Shown piece after piece: positions 14,401-29,400 of a stretch of DNA of 64,000 nt (positions are counted from its first letter, which is position 1; every line of letters begins with the position of its first letter). A program made the position numbers and the translations under genes. The DNA comes from Auanema rhodensis. Lineage: Eukaryota; Animalia; Nematoda. The notes under the pieces are model-generated. The model was not told the DNA's origin. It was given only the letters and a program-made list of their open reading frames with translations, and did not search any database. Where the stretch lies: NCBI GenBank assembly GCA_964057225.1, contig OZ059898.1, positions 16,740,001 to 16,804,000 of the forward strand, in the 5' to 3' direction.

Positions 14401-17400
14401 CCGCATCTCTTTATCTTTCACGTGAAGCGAGTTACATACCAAGTGCACATCACGTTTACATTTAATTAGCATAAATTAAAGTTCACGTAAATTTCAAAGT
14501 CATGGTTACCATGAACTAATATCAACAAAAATTTGTTTTGAGACTAATATGGACATGGGGAATCTAATTTTGAAAACCGCATCTCTTTATCTTTCACGTG
14601 AAGCGAGTTACATACCAAGTGCACATCACGTTTACATTTAATTAGCATAAATTAAAGTTCACGTAAATTTCAAAGTCATGGTTACCATGAACTAATATCA
14701 ACAAAAATTTGTTTTGAGACTAATATGGACATGGGGAATCTAATTTTGAAAACCGCATCTCTTTATCTTTCACGTGAAGCGAGTTACATACCAAGTGCAC
14801 ATCACGTGTACATTTAATTAGCATAAATTAAAGTTCACGTAAATTTCAAAGTCATGGTTACCATGAACTAATATCAACAAAAATTTGTTTTGAGACTAAT
14901 ATGGACATGGGGAATCTAATTTTGAAAACCGCATCTCTTTATCTTTCACGTGAAGCGAGTTACATACCAAGTGCACATCACGTGTACATTTAATTAGCAT
15001 AAATTAAAGTTCACGTAAATTTCAAAGTCATGGTTACCATGAACTAATATCAACAAAAATTTGTTTTGAGACTAATATGGACATGGGGAATCTAATTTTG
15101 AAAACCGCATCTCTTTATCTTTCACGTGAAGCGAGTTACATACCAAGTGCACATCACGTGTACATTTAATTAGCATAAATTAAAGTTCACGTAAATTTCA
15201 AAGTCATGGTTACCATGCACCAATATCAATAAAAATTTGTTTTAGACTAATATGGACATGAGGAATCTAATTTTGAAAACCGCATCTCTTTATCTTTCAC
15301 GTGAAGCGAGTTACATACCAAGTGCACATCACGTGTACATTTAATTAGCATAAATTAAAGTTCACGTAAATTTCAAAGTCATGGTTACCATGAACCAATA
15401 TCAATAAAAATTTGTTTTTAGACTAGAATGGACATGGGGAATCTAATTTTGAAAACCGCATCTCTTTATCTTTCACGTGAAGCGAGTTACATACCAAGTG
15501 CACATCACGTGTACATTTAATTAGCATAAATTAAAGTTCACGTAAATTTCAAAGTCATGGTTACCATGCACCAATATCAATAAAAATTTGTTTTTAGACT
15601 AATATGGACATGGGGAATCTAATTTTGAAAACCGCATCTCTTTATCTTTTACGTGAAGCGAGTTACATACCAAGTGCACATCACGTGTACATTTAATTAG
15701 CATAAATTAAAGTTCACGTAAATTTCAAAGTCATGGTTACCATGAACCAATATCAATAAAAATTTGTTTTTAGACTAATATGGACATGGGGAATCTAATT
15801 TTGAAAACCGCATCTCTTTATCTTTCACGTGAAGCGAGTTACATACCAAGTGCACATCACGTGTACATTTAATTAGCATAAATTAAAGTTCACGTAAATT
15901 TCAAAGTCATGGTTACCATGAACTAATATCAACAAAAATTTGTTTTGAGACTAATATGGACATGGGGAATCTAATTTTGAAAACCGCATCTCTTTATCTT
16001 TCACGTGAAGCGAGTTACATACCAAGTGCACATCACGTTTACATTTAATTAGCATAAATTAAAGTTCACGTAAATTTCAAAGTCATGGTTACCATGAACT
16101 AATATCAACAAAAATTTGTTTTGAGACTAATATGGACATGGGGAATCTAATTTTGAAAACCGCATCTCTTTATCTTTCACGTGAAGCGAGTTACATACCA
16201 AGTGCACATCACGTTTACATTTAATTAGCATAAATTAAAGTTCACGTAAATTTCAAAGTCATGGTTACCATGAACTAATATCAACAAAAAATTGTTTTGA
16301 GACTAATATGGACATGGGGAATCTAATTTTGAAAACCGCATCTCTTTATCTTTCACGTGAAGCGAGTTACATACCAAGTGCACATCACGTGTACATTTAA
16401 TTAGCATAAATTAAAGTTCACGTAAATTTCAAAGTCATGGTTACCATGAACTAATATCAACAAAAATTTGTTTTGAGACTAATATGGACATGGGGAATCT
16501 AATTTTGAAAACCGCATCTCTTTATCTTTCACGTGAAGCGAGTTACATACCAAGTGCACATCACGTGTACATTTAATTAGCATAAATTAAAGTTCACGTA
16601 AATTTCAAAGTCATGGTTACCATGAACTAATATCAACAAAAATTTGTTTTGAGACTAATATGGACATGGGGAATCTAATTTTGAAAACCGCATCTCTTTA
16701 TCTTTCACGTGAAGCGAGTTACATACCAAGTGCACATCACGTGTACATTTAATTAGCATAAATTAAAGTTCACGTAAATTTCAAAGTCATGGTTACCATG
16801 CACCAATATCAATAAAAATTTGTTTTAGACTAATATGGACATGAGGAATCTAATTTTGAAAACCGCATCTCTTTATCTTTCACGTGAAGCGAGTTACATA
16901 CCAAGTGCACATCACGTGTACATTTAATTAGCATAAATTAAAGTTCACGTAAATTTCAAAGTCATGGTTACCATGAACCAATATCAATAAAAATTTGTTT
17001 TTAGACTAATATGGACATGGGGAATCTAATTTTGAAAACCGCATCTCTTTATCTTTCACGTGAAGCGAGTTACATACCAAGTGCACATCACGTGTACATT
17101 TAATTAGCATAAATTAAAGTTCACGTAAATTTCAAAGTCATGGTTACCATGAACCAATATCAATAAAAATTTGTTTTTAGACTAATATGGACATGGGAAA
17201 TCTAATTTTGAAAACCGCATCTCTTTATCTTTCACGTGAAGCGAGTTACATACCAAGTGCACATCACGTGTACATTTAATTAGCATAAATTAAAGTTCAC
17301 GTAAATTTCAAAGTCATGGTTACCATGAACCAATATCAATAAAAATTTGTTTTTAGACTAATATGGACATGGGGAATCTAATTTTGAAAACCGCATCTCT

Positions 17401-20400
17401 TTATCTTTCACGTGAAGCGAGTTACATACCAAGTGCTCATCACGTGTACATTTAATTAGCATAAATTAAAGTTCACGTAAATTTCAAAGTCATGGTTACC
17501 ATGAACCAATATCAATAAAAATTTGTTTTTAGACTAATATGGACATGGGGAATCTAATTTTGAAAACCGCATCTCTTTATCTTTCACGTGAAGCGAGTTA
17601 CATACCAAGTGCACATCACGTGTACATTTAATTAGCATAAATTAAAGTTCACGTAAATTTCAAAGACATGGTTACCATGAACCAATATCAATAAAAATTT
17701 GTTTTTAGACTAATATGGACATGGGGAATCTAATTTTGAAAACCGTATCTCTTTATCTTTCACGTGAAGCGAGTTACATACCAAGTACACATCACGTGTA
17801 CATTTAATTAGCATAAATTAAAGTTCACGTAAATTTCAAAGTCATGGTTACCATGCACCAATATCAATAAAAATTTGTTTTTAGACTAATATGGACATGG
17901 GGAATCTAATTTTGAAAACCGCATCTCTTTATCTTTCACGTGAAGCGAGTTACATACCAAGTGCACATCACGTGTACATTTAATTAGCATAAATTAAAGT
18001 TCACGTAAATTTCAAAGTCATGGTTACCATGAACCAATATCAATAAAAATTTGTTTTTAGACTAATATGGACATGGGGAATCTAATTTTGAAAACCGCAT
18101 CTCTTTATCTTTTAAGTGAAGCGAGTTACATACCAAGTGCACATCACGTGTACATTTAATTAGCATAAATTAAAGTTCACGTAAATTTCAAAGTCATGGT
18201 TACCATGAACCAATATCAATAACAATTTGTTTTTAGACTAATATGGACATGGGGAATCTAATTTTGAAAACCGCATCTCTTTATCTTTCACGTGAAGCGA
18301 GTTACATACCAAGTGCACATCACGTGTACATTTAATTAGCATAAATTAAAGTTCACGTAAATTTCAAAGTCATGGTTACCATGAACTAATATCAACAAAA
18401 ATTTGTTTTGAGACTAATATGGACATGGGGAATCTAATTTTGAAAACCGCATCTCTTTATCTTTCACGTGAAGCGAGTTACATACCAAGTGCACATCACG
18501 TGTACATTTAATTAGCATAAATTAAAGTTCACGTAAATTTCAAAGTCATGGTTACCATGAACCAATATCAATAAAAATTTGTTTTTAGACTAATATGGAC
18601 ATGGGGAATCTAATTTTGAAAACCGCATCTCTTTATCTTTCACGTGAAGCGAGTTACATACCAAGTGCACATCACGTGTACATTTAATTAGCATAAATTA
18701 AAGTTCACGTAAATTTCAAAGTCATGGTTACCATGAACCAATATCAATAAAAATTTGTTTTTAGACTAATATGGACATGGGGAATCTAATTTTGAAAACC
18801 GCATCTCTTTATCTTTCACGTGAAGCGAGTTACATACCAAGTGCACATCACGTGTACATTTAATTAGCATAAATTAAAGTTCACGTAAATTTCAAAGACA
18901 TGGTTACCATGAACCAATATCAATAAAAATTTGTTTTTAGACTAATATGGACATGGGGAATCTAATTTTGAAAACCGTATCTCTTTATCTTTCACGTGAA
19001 GCGAGTTACATACCAAGTACACATCACGTGTACATTTAATTAGCATAAATTAAAGTTCACGTAAATTTCAAAGTCATGGTTACCATGCACCAATATCAAT
19101 AAAAATTTGTTTTTAGACTAATATGGACATGGGGAATCTAATTTTGAAAACCGCATCTCTTTATCTTTCACGTGAAGCGAGTTACATACCAAGTGCACAT
19201 CACGTGTACATTTAATTAGCATAAATTAAAGTTCACGTAAATTTCAAAGTCATGGTTACCATGAACCAATATCAATAAAAATTTGTTTTTAGACTAATAT
19301 GGACATGGGGAATCTAATTTTGAAAACCGCATCTCTTTATCTTTTAAGTGAAGCGAGTTACATACCAAGTGCACATCACGTGTACATTTAATTAGCATAA
19401 ATTAAAGTTCACGTAAATTTCAAAGTCATGGTTACCATGAACCAATATCAATAACAATTTGTTTTTAGACTAATATGGACATGGGGAATCTAATTTTGAA
19501 AACCGCATCTCTTTATCTTTCACGTGAAGCGAGTTACATACCAAGTGCACATCACGTGTACATTTAATTAGCATAAATTAAAGTTCACGTAAATTTCAAA
19601 GTCATGGTTACCATGAACCAATATCAATAAAAATTTGTTTTTAGACTAATATGGACATGGGGAATCTAATTTTGAAAACCGCATCTCTTTATCTTTTAAG
19701 TGAAGCGAGTTACATACCAAGTGCACATCACGTGTACATTTAATTAGCATAAATTAAAGTTCACGTAAATTTCAAAGTCATGGTTACCATGAACCAATAT
19801 CAATAACAATTTGTTTTTAGACTAATATGGACATGGGGAATCTAATTTTGAAAACCGCATCTCTTTATCTTTCACGTGAAGCGAGTTACATACCAAGTGC
19901 ACATCACGTGTACATTTAATTAGCATAAATTAAAGTTCACGTAAATTTCAAAGTCATGGTTACCATGAACTAATATCAACAAAAATTTGTTTTGAGACTA
20001 ATATGGACATGGGGAATCTAATTTTGAAAACCGCATCTCTTTATCTTTCACGTGAAGCGAGTTACATACCAAGTGCACATCACGTTTACATTTAATTAGC
20101 ATAAATTAAAGTTCACGTAAATTTCAAAGTCATGGTTACCATGAACCAATATCAATAAAAATTTGTTTTTAGACTAATATGGACATGGGGAATCTAATTT
20201 TGAAAACCGCATCTCTTTATCTTTCACGTGAAGCGAGTTACATACCAAGTGCACATCACGTTTACATTTAATTAGCATAAATTAAAGTTCACGTAAATTT
20301 CAAAGTCATGGTTACCATGAACCAATATCAATAAAAATTTGTTTTTAGACTAATATGGACATGGGGAATCTAATTTTGAAAACCGCATCTCTTGATCTTT

Positions 20401-23400
20401 CACGTGAAGCGAGTTACATACCAAGTGCACATCACGTGTACATTTAATTAGCATAAATTAAAGTTCACGTAAATTTCAAAGTCATGGTTACCATGAACCA
20501 ATATCAATAAAAATTTGTTTTTAGACTAATATGGACATGGGGAATCTAATTTTGAAAACCGCATCTCTTTATCTTTCACGTGAAGCGAGTTACATACCAA
20601 GTGCACATCACGTGTACATTTAATTAGCATAAATTAAAGTTCACGTAAATTTCAAAGTCATGGTTACCATGAACCAATATCAATAAAAATTTGTTTTTAG
20701 ACTAATATGGACATGGGGAATCTAATTTTGAAAACCGCATCTCTTTATCTCTCACGTGAAGCGAGTTACATACCAAGTACACATCACGTGTACATTTAAT
20801 TAGCATAAATTAAAGTTCACGTAAATTTCAAAGTCATGGTTACCATGAACCAATATCAACAAAAATTTGTTTTGAGACTAATATGGACATGGGGAATCTA
20901 ATTTTAAAAACCGCATCTCTTTATCTTTCACGTGAAGCGAGTTACATACCAAGTGCACATCACGTGTACATTTAATTAGCATAAATTAAAGTTCACGTAA
21001 ATTTCAAAGTCATGGTTACCATGAACCAATATCAATAAAAATTTGTTTTTAGACTAATATGGACATGGGGAATCTAATTTTGAAAACCGCATCTCTTGAT
21101 CTTTCACGTGAAGCGAGTTACATACCAAGTGCACATCACGTGTACATTTAATTAGCATAAATTAAAGTTCACGTAAATTTCAAAGTCATGGTTCCCATGA
21201 ACCAATATCAATAAAAATTTGTTTTGAGACTAATATGGACATGGGGAATCTAATTTTGAAAACCGCATCTCTTTATCTCTCACGTGAAGCGAGTTACATA
21301 CCAAGTACACATCACGTGTACATTTAATTAGCATAAATTAAAGTTCACGTAAATTTCAAAGTCATGGTTACCATGAACCAATATCAATAAAAATTTGTTT
21401 TTAGACTAATATGGACATGGGGAATCTAATTTTGAAAACCGCATCTCTTTATCTTTCACGTGAAGCGAGTTACATACCAAGTGCACATCACGTGTACATT
21501 TAATTAGCATAAATTAAAGTTCACGTAAATTTCAAAGTCATGGTTACCATGAACCAATATCAATAAAAATTTGTTTTTAGACTAATATGGACATGGGGAA
21601 TCTAATTTTGAAAACCGCATCTCTTTATCTTTCACGTGAAGCGAGTTACATACCAAGTGCACATCACGTGTACATTTAATTAGCATAAATTAAAGTTCAC
21701 GTAAATTTCAAAGTCATGGTTACCATGCACCAATATCAATAAAAATTTGTTTTTAGACTAATATGGACATGGGGAATCTAATTTTGAAAACCGCATCTCT
21801 TTATCTTTCACGTGAAGCGAGTTACATACCAAGTGCACATCACGTGTACATTTAATTAGCATAAATTAAAGTTCACGTAAATTTCAAAGTCATGGTTACC
21901 ATGAACCAATATCAATAAAAATTTGTTTTTAGACTAATATGGACATGGGGAATCTAATTTTGAAAACCGCATCTCTTTATCTCTCACGTGAAGCGAGTTA
22001 CATACCAAGTACACATCACGTGTACATTTAATTAGCATAAATTAAAGTTCACGTAAATTTCAAAGTCATGGTTACCATGAACCAATATCAACAAAAATTT
22101 GTTTTGAGACTAATATGGACATGGGGAATCTAATTTTAAAAACCGCATCTCTTTATCTTTCACGTGAAGCGAGTTACATACCAAGTGCACATCACGTGTA
22201 CATTTAATTAGCATAAATTAAAGTTCACGTAAATTTCAAAGTCATGGTTACCATGAACCAATATCAATAAAAATTTGTTTTTAGACTAATATGGACATGG
22301 GGAATCTAATTTTGAAAACCGCATCTCTTTATCTTTCACGTGAAGCGAGTTACATACCAAGTGCACATCACGTGTACATTTAATTAGCATAAATTAAAGT
22401 TCACGTAAATTTCAAAGTCATGGTTCCCATGAACCAATATCAATAAAAATTTGTTTTTAGACTAATATGGACATGGGGAATCTAATTTTGAAAACCGCAT
22501 CTCTTTATCTTTCACGTGAAGCGAGTTACATACCAAGTGCACATCACGTGTACATTTAATTAGCATAAATTAAAGTTCACGTAAATTTCAAAGTCATGGT
22601 TACCATGAACCAATATCAATAAAAATTTGTTTTTAGACTAGAATGGACATGGGGAATCTAATTTTGAAAACCGCATCTCTTTATCTTTCACGTGAAGCGA
22701 GTTACATACCAAGTGCACATCACGTGTACATTTAATTAGCATAAATTAAAGTTCACGTAAATTTCAAAGTCATGGTTACCATGCACCAATATCAATAAAA
22801 ATTTGTTTTTAGACTAATATGGACATGGAGAATCTAATTTTGAAAACCGCATCTCTTTATCTTTTACGTGAAGCGAGTTACATACCAAGTGCACATCACG
22901 TGTACATTTAATTAGCATAAATTAAAGTTCACGTAAATTTCAAAGTCATGGTTACCATGAACCAATATCAATAAAAATTTGTTTTTAGACTAATATGGAC
23001 ATGGGGAATCTAATTTTGAAAACCGCATCTCTTTATCTTTCACGTGAAGCGAGTTACATACCAAGTGCACATCACGTGTACATTTAATTAGCATAAATTA
23101 AAGTTCACGTAAATTTCAAAGTCATGGTTACCATGAACTAATATCAACAAAAATTTGTTTTGAGACTAATATGGACATGGGGAATCTAATTTTGAAAACC
23201 GCATCTCTTTATCTTTCACGTGAAGCGAGTTACATACCAAGTGCACATCACGTTTACATTTAATTAGCATAAATTAAAGTTCACGTAAATTTCAAAGTCA
23301 TGGTTACCATGAACTAATATCAACAAAAATTTGTTTTGAGACTAATATGGACATGGGGAATCTAATTTTAAAAACCGCATCTCTTTATCTTTCACGTGAA

Positions 23401-26400
23401 GCGAGTTACATACCAAGTGCACATCACGTTTACATTTAATTAGCATAAATTAAAGTTCACGTAAATTTCAAAGTCATGGTTACCATGAACTAATATCAAC
23501 AAAAATTTGTTTTGAGACTAATATGGACATGGGGAATCTAATTTTGAAAACCGCATCTCTTTATCTTTCACGTGAAGCGAGTTACATACCAAGTGCACAT
23601 CACGTGTACATTTAATTAGCATAAATTAAAGTTCACGTAAATTTCAAAGTCATGGTTACCATGAACTAATATCAACAAAAATTTGTTTTGAGACTAATAT
23701 GGACATGGGGAATCTAATTTTGAAAACCGCATCTCTTTATCTTTCACGTGAAGCGAGTTACATACCAAGTGCACATCACGTGTACATTTAATTAGCATAA
23801 ATTAAAGTTCACGTAAATTTCAAAGTCATGGTTACCATGAACTAATATCAACAAAAATTTGTTTTGAGACTAATATGGACATGGGGAATCTAATTTTGAA
23901 AACCGCATCTCTTTATCTTTCACGTGAAGCGAGTTACATACCAAGTGCACATCACGTGTACATTTAATTAGCATAAATTAAAGTTCACGTAAATTTCAAA
24001 GTCATGGTTACCATGCACCAATATCAATAAAAATTTGTTTTTAGACTAATATGGACATGAGGAATCTAATTTTAAAAACCGCATCTCTTTATCTTTCACG
24101 TGAAGCGAGTTACATACCAAGTGCACATCACGTGTACATTTAATTAGCATAAATTAAAGTTCACGTAAATTTCAAAGTCATGGTTACCATGAACTAATAT
24201 CAACAAAAATTTGTTTTGAGACTAATATGGACATGGGGAATCTAATTTTGAAAACCGCATCTCTTTATCTTTCACGTGAAGCGAGTTACATACCAAGTGC
24301 ACATCACGTTTACATTTAATTAGCATAAATTAAAGTTCACGTAAATTTCAAAGTCATGGTTCCCATGAACCAATATCAATAAAAATTTGTTTTTAGACTA
24401 ATATGGACATGGGGAATCTAATTTTGAAAACCGCATCTCTTTATCTTTCACGTGAAGCGAGTTACATACCAAGTGCACATCACGTGTACATTTAATTAGC
24501 ATAAATTAAAGTTCACGTAAATTTCAAAGTCATGGTTACCATGAACCAATATCAATAAAAATTTGTTTTTAGACTAGAATGGACATGGGGAATCTAATTT
24601 TGAAAACCGCATCTCTTTATCTTTCACGTGAAGCGAGTTACATACCAAGTGCACATCACGTGTACATTTAATTAGCATAAATTAAAGTTCACGTAAATTT
24701 CAAAGTCATGGTTACCATGCACCAATATCAATAAAAATTTGTTTTTAGACTAATATGGACATGGGGAATCTAATTTTGAAAACCGCATCTCTTTATCTTT
24801 TACGTGAAGCGAGTTACATACCAAGTGCACATCACGTGTACATTTAATTAGCATAAATTAAAGTTCACGTAAATTTCAAAGTCATGGTTACCATGAACCA
24901 ATATCAATAAAAATTTGTTTTTAGACTAATATGGACATGGGGAATCTAATTTTGAAAACCGCATCTCTTTATCTTTCACGTGAAGCGAGTTACATACCAA
25001 GTGCACATCACGTGTACATTTAATTAGCATAAATTAAAGTTCACGTAAATTTCAAAGTCATGGTTACCATGAACTAATATCAACAAAAATTTGTTTTGAG
25101 ACTAATATGGACATGGGGAATCTAATTTTGAAAACCGCATCTCTTTATCTTTCACGTGAAGCGAGTTACATACCAAGTGCACATCACGTTTACATTTAAT
25201 TAGCATAAATTAAAGTTCACGTAAATTTCAAAGTCATGGTTACCATGAACTAATATCAACAAAAATTTGTTTTGAGACTAATATGGACATGGGGAATCTA
25301 ATTTTGAAAACCGCATCTCTTTATCTTTCACGTGAAGCGAGTTACATACCAAGTGCACATCACGTTTACATTTAATTAGCATAAATTAAAGTTCACGTAA
25401 ATTTCAAAGTCATGGTTACCATGAACTAATATCAACAAAAATTTGTTTTGAGACTAATATGGACATGGGGAATCTAATTTTGAAAACCGCATCTCTTTAT
25501 CTTTCACGTGAAGCGAGTTACATACCAAGTGCACATCACGTGTACATTTAATTAGCATAAATTAAAGTTCACGTAAATTTCAAAGTCATGGTTACCATGA
25601 ACTAATATCAACAAAAATTTGTTTTGAGACTAATATGGACATGGGGAATCTAATTTTGAAAACCGCATCTCTTTATCTTTCACGTGAAGCGAGTTACATA
25701 CCAAGTGCACATCACGTGTACATTTAATTAGCATAAATTAAAGTTCACGTAAATTTCAAAGTCATGGTTACCATGAACTAATATCAACAAAAATTTGTTT
25801 TGAGACTAATATGGACATGGGGAATCTAATTTTGAAAACCGCATCTCTTTATCTTTCACGTGAAGCGAGTTACATACCAAGTGCACATCACGTGTACATT
25901 TAATTAGCATAAATTAAAGTTCACGTAAATTTCAAAGTCATGGTTACCATGCACCAATATCAATAAAAATTTGTTTTTAGACTAATATGGACATGAGGAA
26001 TCTAATTTTAAAAACCGCATCTCTTTATCTTTCACGTGAAGCGAGTTACATACCAAGTGCACATCACGTGTACATTTAATTAGCATAAATTAAAGTTCAC
26101 GTAAATTTCAAAGTCATGGTTACCATGAACTAATATCAACAAAAATTTGTTTTGAGACTAATATGGACATGGGGAATCTAATTTTGAAAACCGCATCTCT
26201 TTATCTTTCACGTGAAGCGAGTTACATACCAAGTGCACATCACGTTTACATTTAATTAGCATAAATTAAAGTTCACGTAAATTTCAAAGTCATGGTTACC
26301 ATGAACTAATATCAACAAAAATTTGTTTTGAGACTAATATGGACATGGGGAATCTAATTTTGAAAACCGCATCTCTTTATCTTTCACGTGAAGCGAGTTA

Positions 26401-29400
26401 CATACCAAGTGCACATCACGTTTACATTTAATTAGCATAAATTAAAGTTCACGTAAATTTCAAAGTCATGGTTACCATGAACTAATATCAACAAAAATTT
26501 GTTTTGAGACTAATATGGACATGGGGAATCTAATTTTGAAAACCGCATCTCTTTATCTTTCACGTGAAGCGAGTTACATACCAAGTGCACATCACGTGTA
26601 CATTTAATTAGCATAAATTAAAGTTCACGTAAATTTCAAAGTCATGGTTACCATGAACTAATATCAACAAAAATTTGTTTTGAGACTAATATGGACATGG
26701 GGAATCTAATTTTGAAAACCGCATCTCTTTATCTTTCACGTGAAGCGAGTTACATACCAAGTGCACATCACGTGTACATTTAATTAGCATAAATTAAAGT
26801 TCACGTAAATTTCAAAGTCATGGTTACCATGAACTAATATCAACAAAAATTTGTTTTGAGACTAATATGGACATGGGGAATCTAATTTTGAAAACCGCAT
26901 CTCTTTATCTTTCACGTGAAGCGAGTTACATACCAAGTGCACATCACGTGTACATTTAATTAGCATAAATTAAAGTTCACGTAAATTTCAAAGTCATGGT
27001 TACCATGCACCAATATCAATAAAAATTTGTTTTTAGACTAATATGGACATGAGGAATCTAATTTTAAAAACCGCATCTCTTTATCTTTCACGTGAAGCGA
27101 GTTACATACCAAGTGCACATCACGTGTACATTTAATTAGCATAAATTAAAGTCCACGTAAATTTCAAAGTCATGGTTACCATGAACCAATATCAATAAAA
27201 ATTTGTTTTTAGACTAATATGGACATGGGGAATCTAATTTTGAAAACCGCATCTCTTTATCTTTCACGTGAAGCGAGTTACATACCAAGTGCACATCACG
27301 TGTACATTTAATTAGCATAAATTAAAGTTCACGTAAATTTCAAAGACATGGTTACCATGAACCAATATCAATAAAAATTTGTTTTTAGACTAATATGGAC
27401 ATGGGGAATCTAATTTTGAAAACCGTATCTCTTTATCTTTCACGTGAAGCGAGTTACATACGAAGTACACATCACGTGTACATTTAATTAGCATAAATTA
27501 AAGTTCACGTAAATTACAAAGTCATGGTTACCATGCACCAATATCAATAAAAATTTGTTTTTAGACTAATATGGACATGGGGAATCTAATTTTGAAAACC
27601 GCATCTCTTTATCTTTCACGTGAAGCGAGTTACATACCAAGTGCACATCACGTGTACATTTAATTAGCATAAATTAAAGTTCACGTAAATTTCAAAGTCA
27701 TGGTTACCATGAACCAATATCAATAAAAATTTGTTTTTAGACTAATATGGACATGGGGAATCTAATTTTGAAAACCGCATCTCTTTATCTTTTACGTGAA
27801 GCGAGTTACATACCAAGTGCACATCACGTGTACATTTAATTAGCATAAATTAAAGTTCACGTAAATTTCAAAGTCATGGTTACCATGAACCAATATCAAT
27901 AAAAATTTGTTTTTAGACTAATATGGACATGGGGAATCTAATTTTGAAAACCGCATCTCTTTTTCTTTCACGTGAAGCGAGTTACATACCAAGTGCACAT
28001 CACGTGTACATTTAATTAGCATAAATTAAAGTTCACGTAAATTTCAAAGTCATGGTTACCATGAACCAATATCAACAAAAATTTGTTTTGAGACTAATAT
28101 GGACATGGGGAATCTAATTTTGAAAACCGCATCTCTTTATCTTTCACGTGAAGCGAGTTACATACCAAGTGCACATCACGTGTACATTTAATTAGCATAA
28201 ATTAAAGTTCACGTAAATTTCAAAGTCATGGTTACCATGAACCAATATCAATAAAAATTTGTTTTTAGACTAATATGGACATGGGGAATCTAATTTTGAA
28301 AACCGCATCTCTTTATCTTTTACGTGAAGCGAGTTACATACCAAGTGCACATCACGTGTACATTTAATTAGCATAAATTAAAGTTCACGTAAATTTCAAA
28401 GTCATGGTTACCATGAACCAATATCAATAAAAATTTGTTTTTAGACTAATATGGACATGGGGAATCTAATTTTGAAAACCGCATCTCTTTTTCTTTCACG
28501 TGAAGCGAGTTACATACCAAGTGCACATCACGTGTACATTTAATTAGCATAAATTAAAGTTCACGTAAATTTCAAAGTCATGGTTACCATGAACCAATAT
28601 CAACAAAAATTTGTTTTGAGACTAATATGGACATGGGGAATCTAATTTTGAAAACCGCATCTCTTTATCTTTCACGTGAAGCGAGTTACATACCAAGTGC
28701 ACATCACGTTTACATTTAATTAGCATAAATTAAAGTTCACGTAAATTTCAAAGTCATGGTTACCATGAACCAATATCAATAAAAATTTGTTTTTAGACTA
28801 ATATGGACATGGGGAATCTAATTTTGAAAACCGCATCTCTTTATCTTTCACGTGAAGCGAGTTACATACCAAGTGCACATCACGTTTACATTTAATTAGC
28901 ATAAATTAAAGTTCACGTAAATTTCAAAGTCATGGTTACCATGAACCAATATCAATAAAAATTTGTTTTTAGACTAATATGGACATGGGGAATCTAATTT
29001 TGAAAACCGCATCTCTTGATCTTTCACGTGAAGCGAGTTACATACCAAGTGCACATCACGTGTACATTTAATTAGCATAAATTAAAGTTCACGTAAATTT
29101 CAAAGTCATGGTTACCATGAACCAATATCAATAAAAATTTGTTTTTAGACTAATATGGACATGGGGAATCTAATTTTGAAAACCGCATCTCTTTATCTTT
29201 CACGTGAAGCGAGTTACATACCAAGTGCACATCACGTGTACATTTAATTAGCATAAATTTAAGTTCACGTAAATTTCAAAGTCATGGTTACCATGAACCA
29301 ATATCAATAAAAATTTGTTTTTAGACTAATATGGACATGGGGAATCTAATTTTGAAAACCGCATCTCTTTATCTTTCACGTGAAGCGAGTTACATACCAA

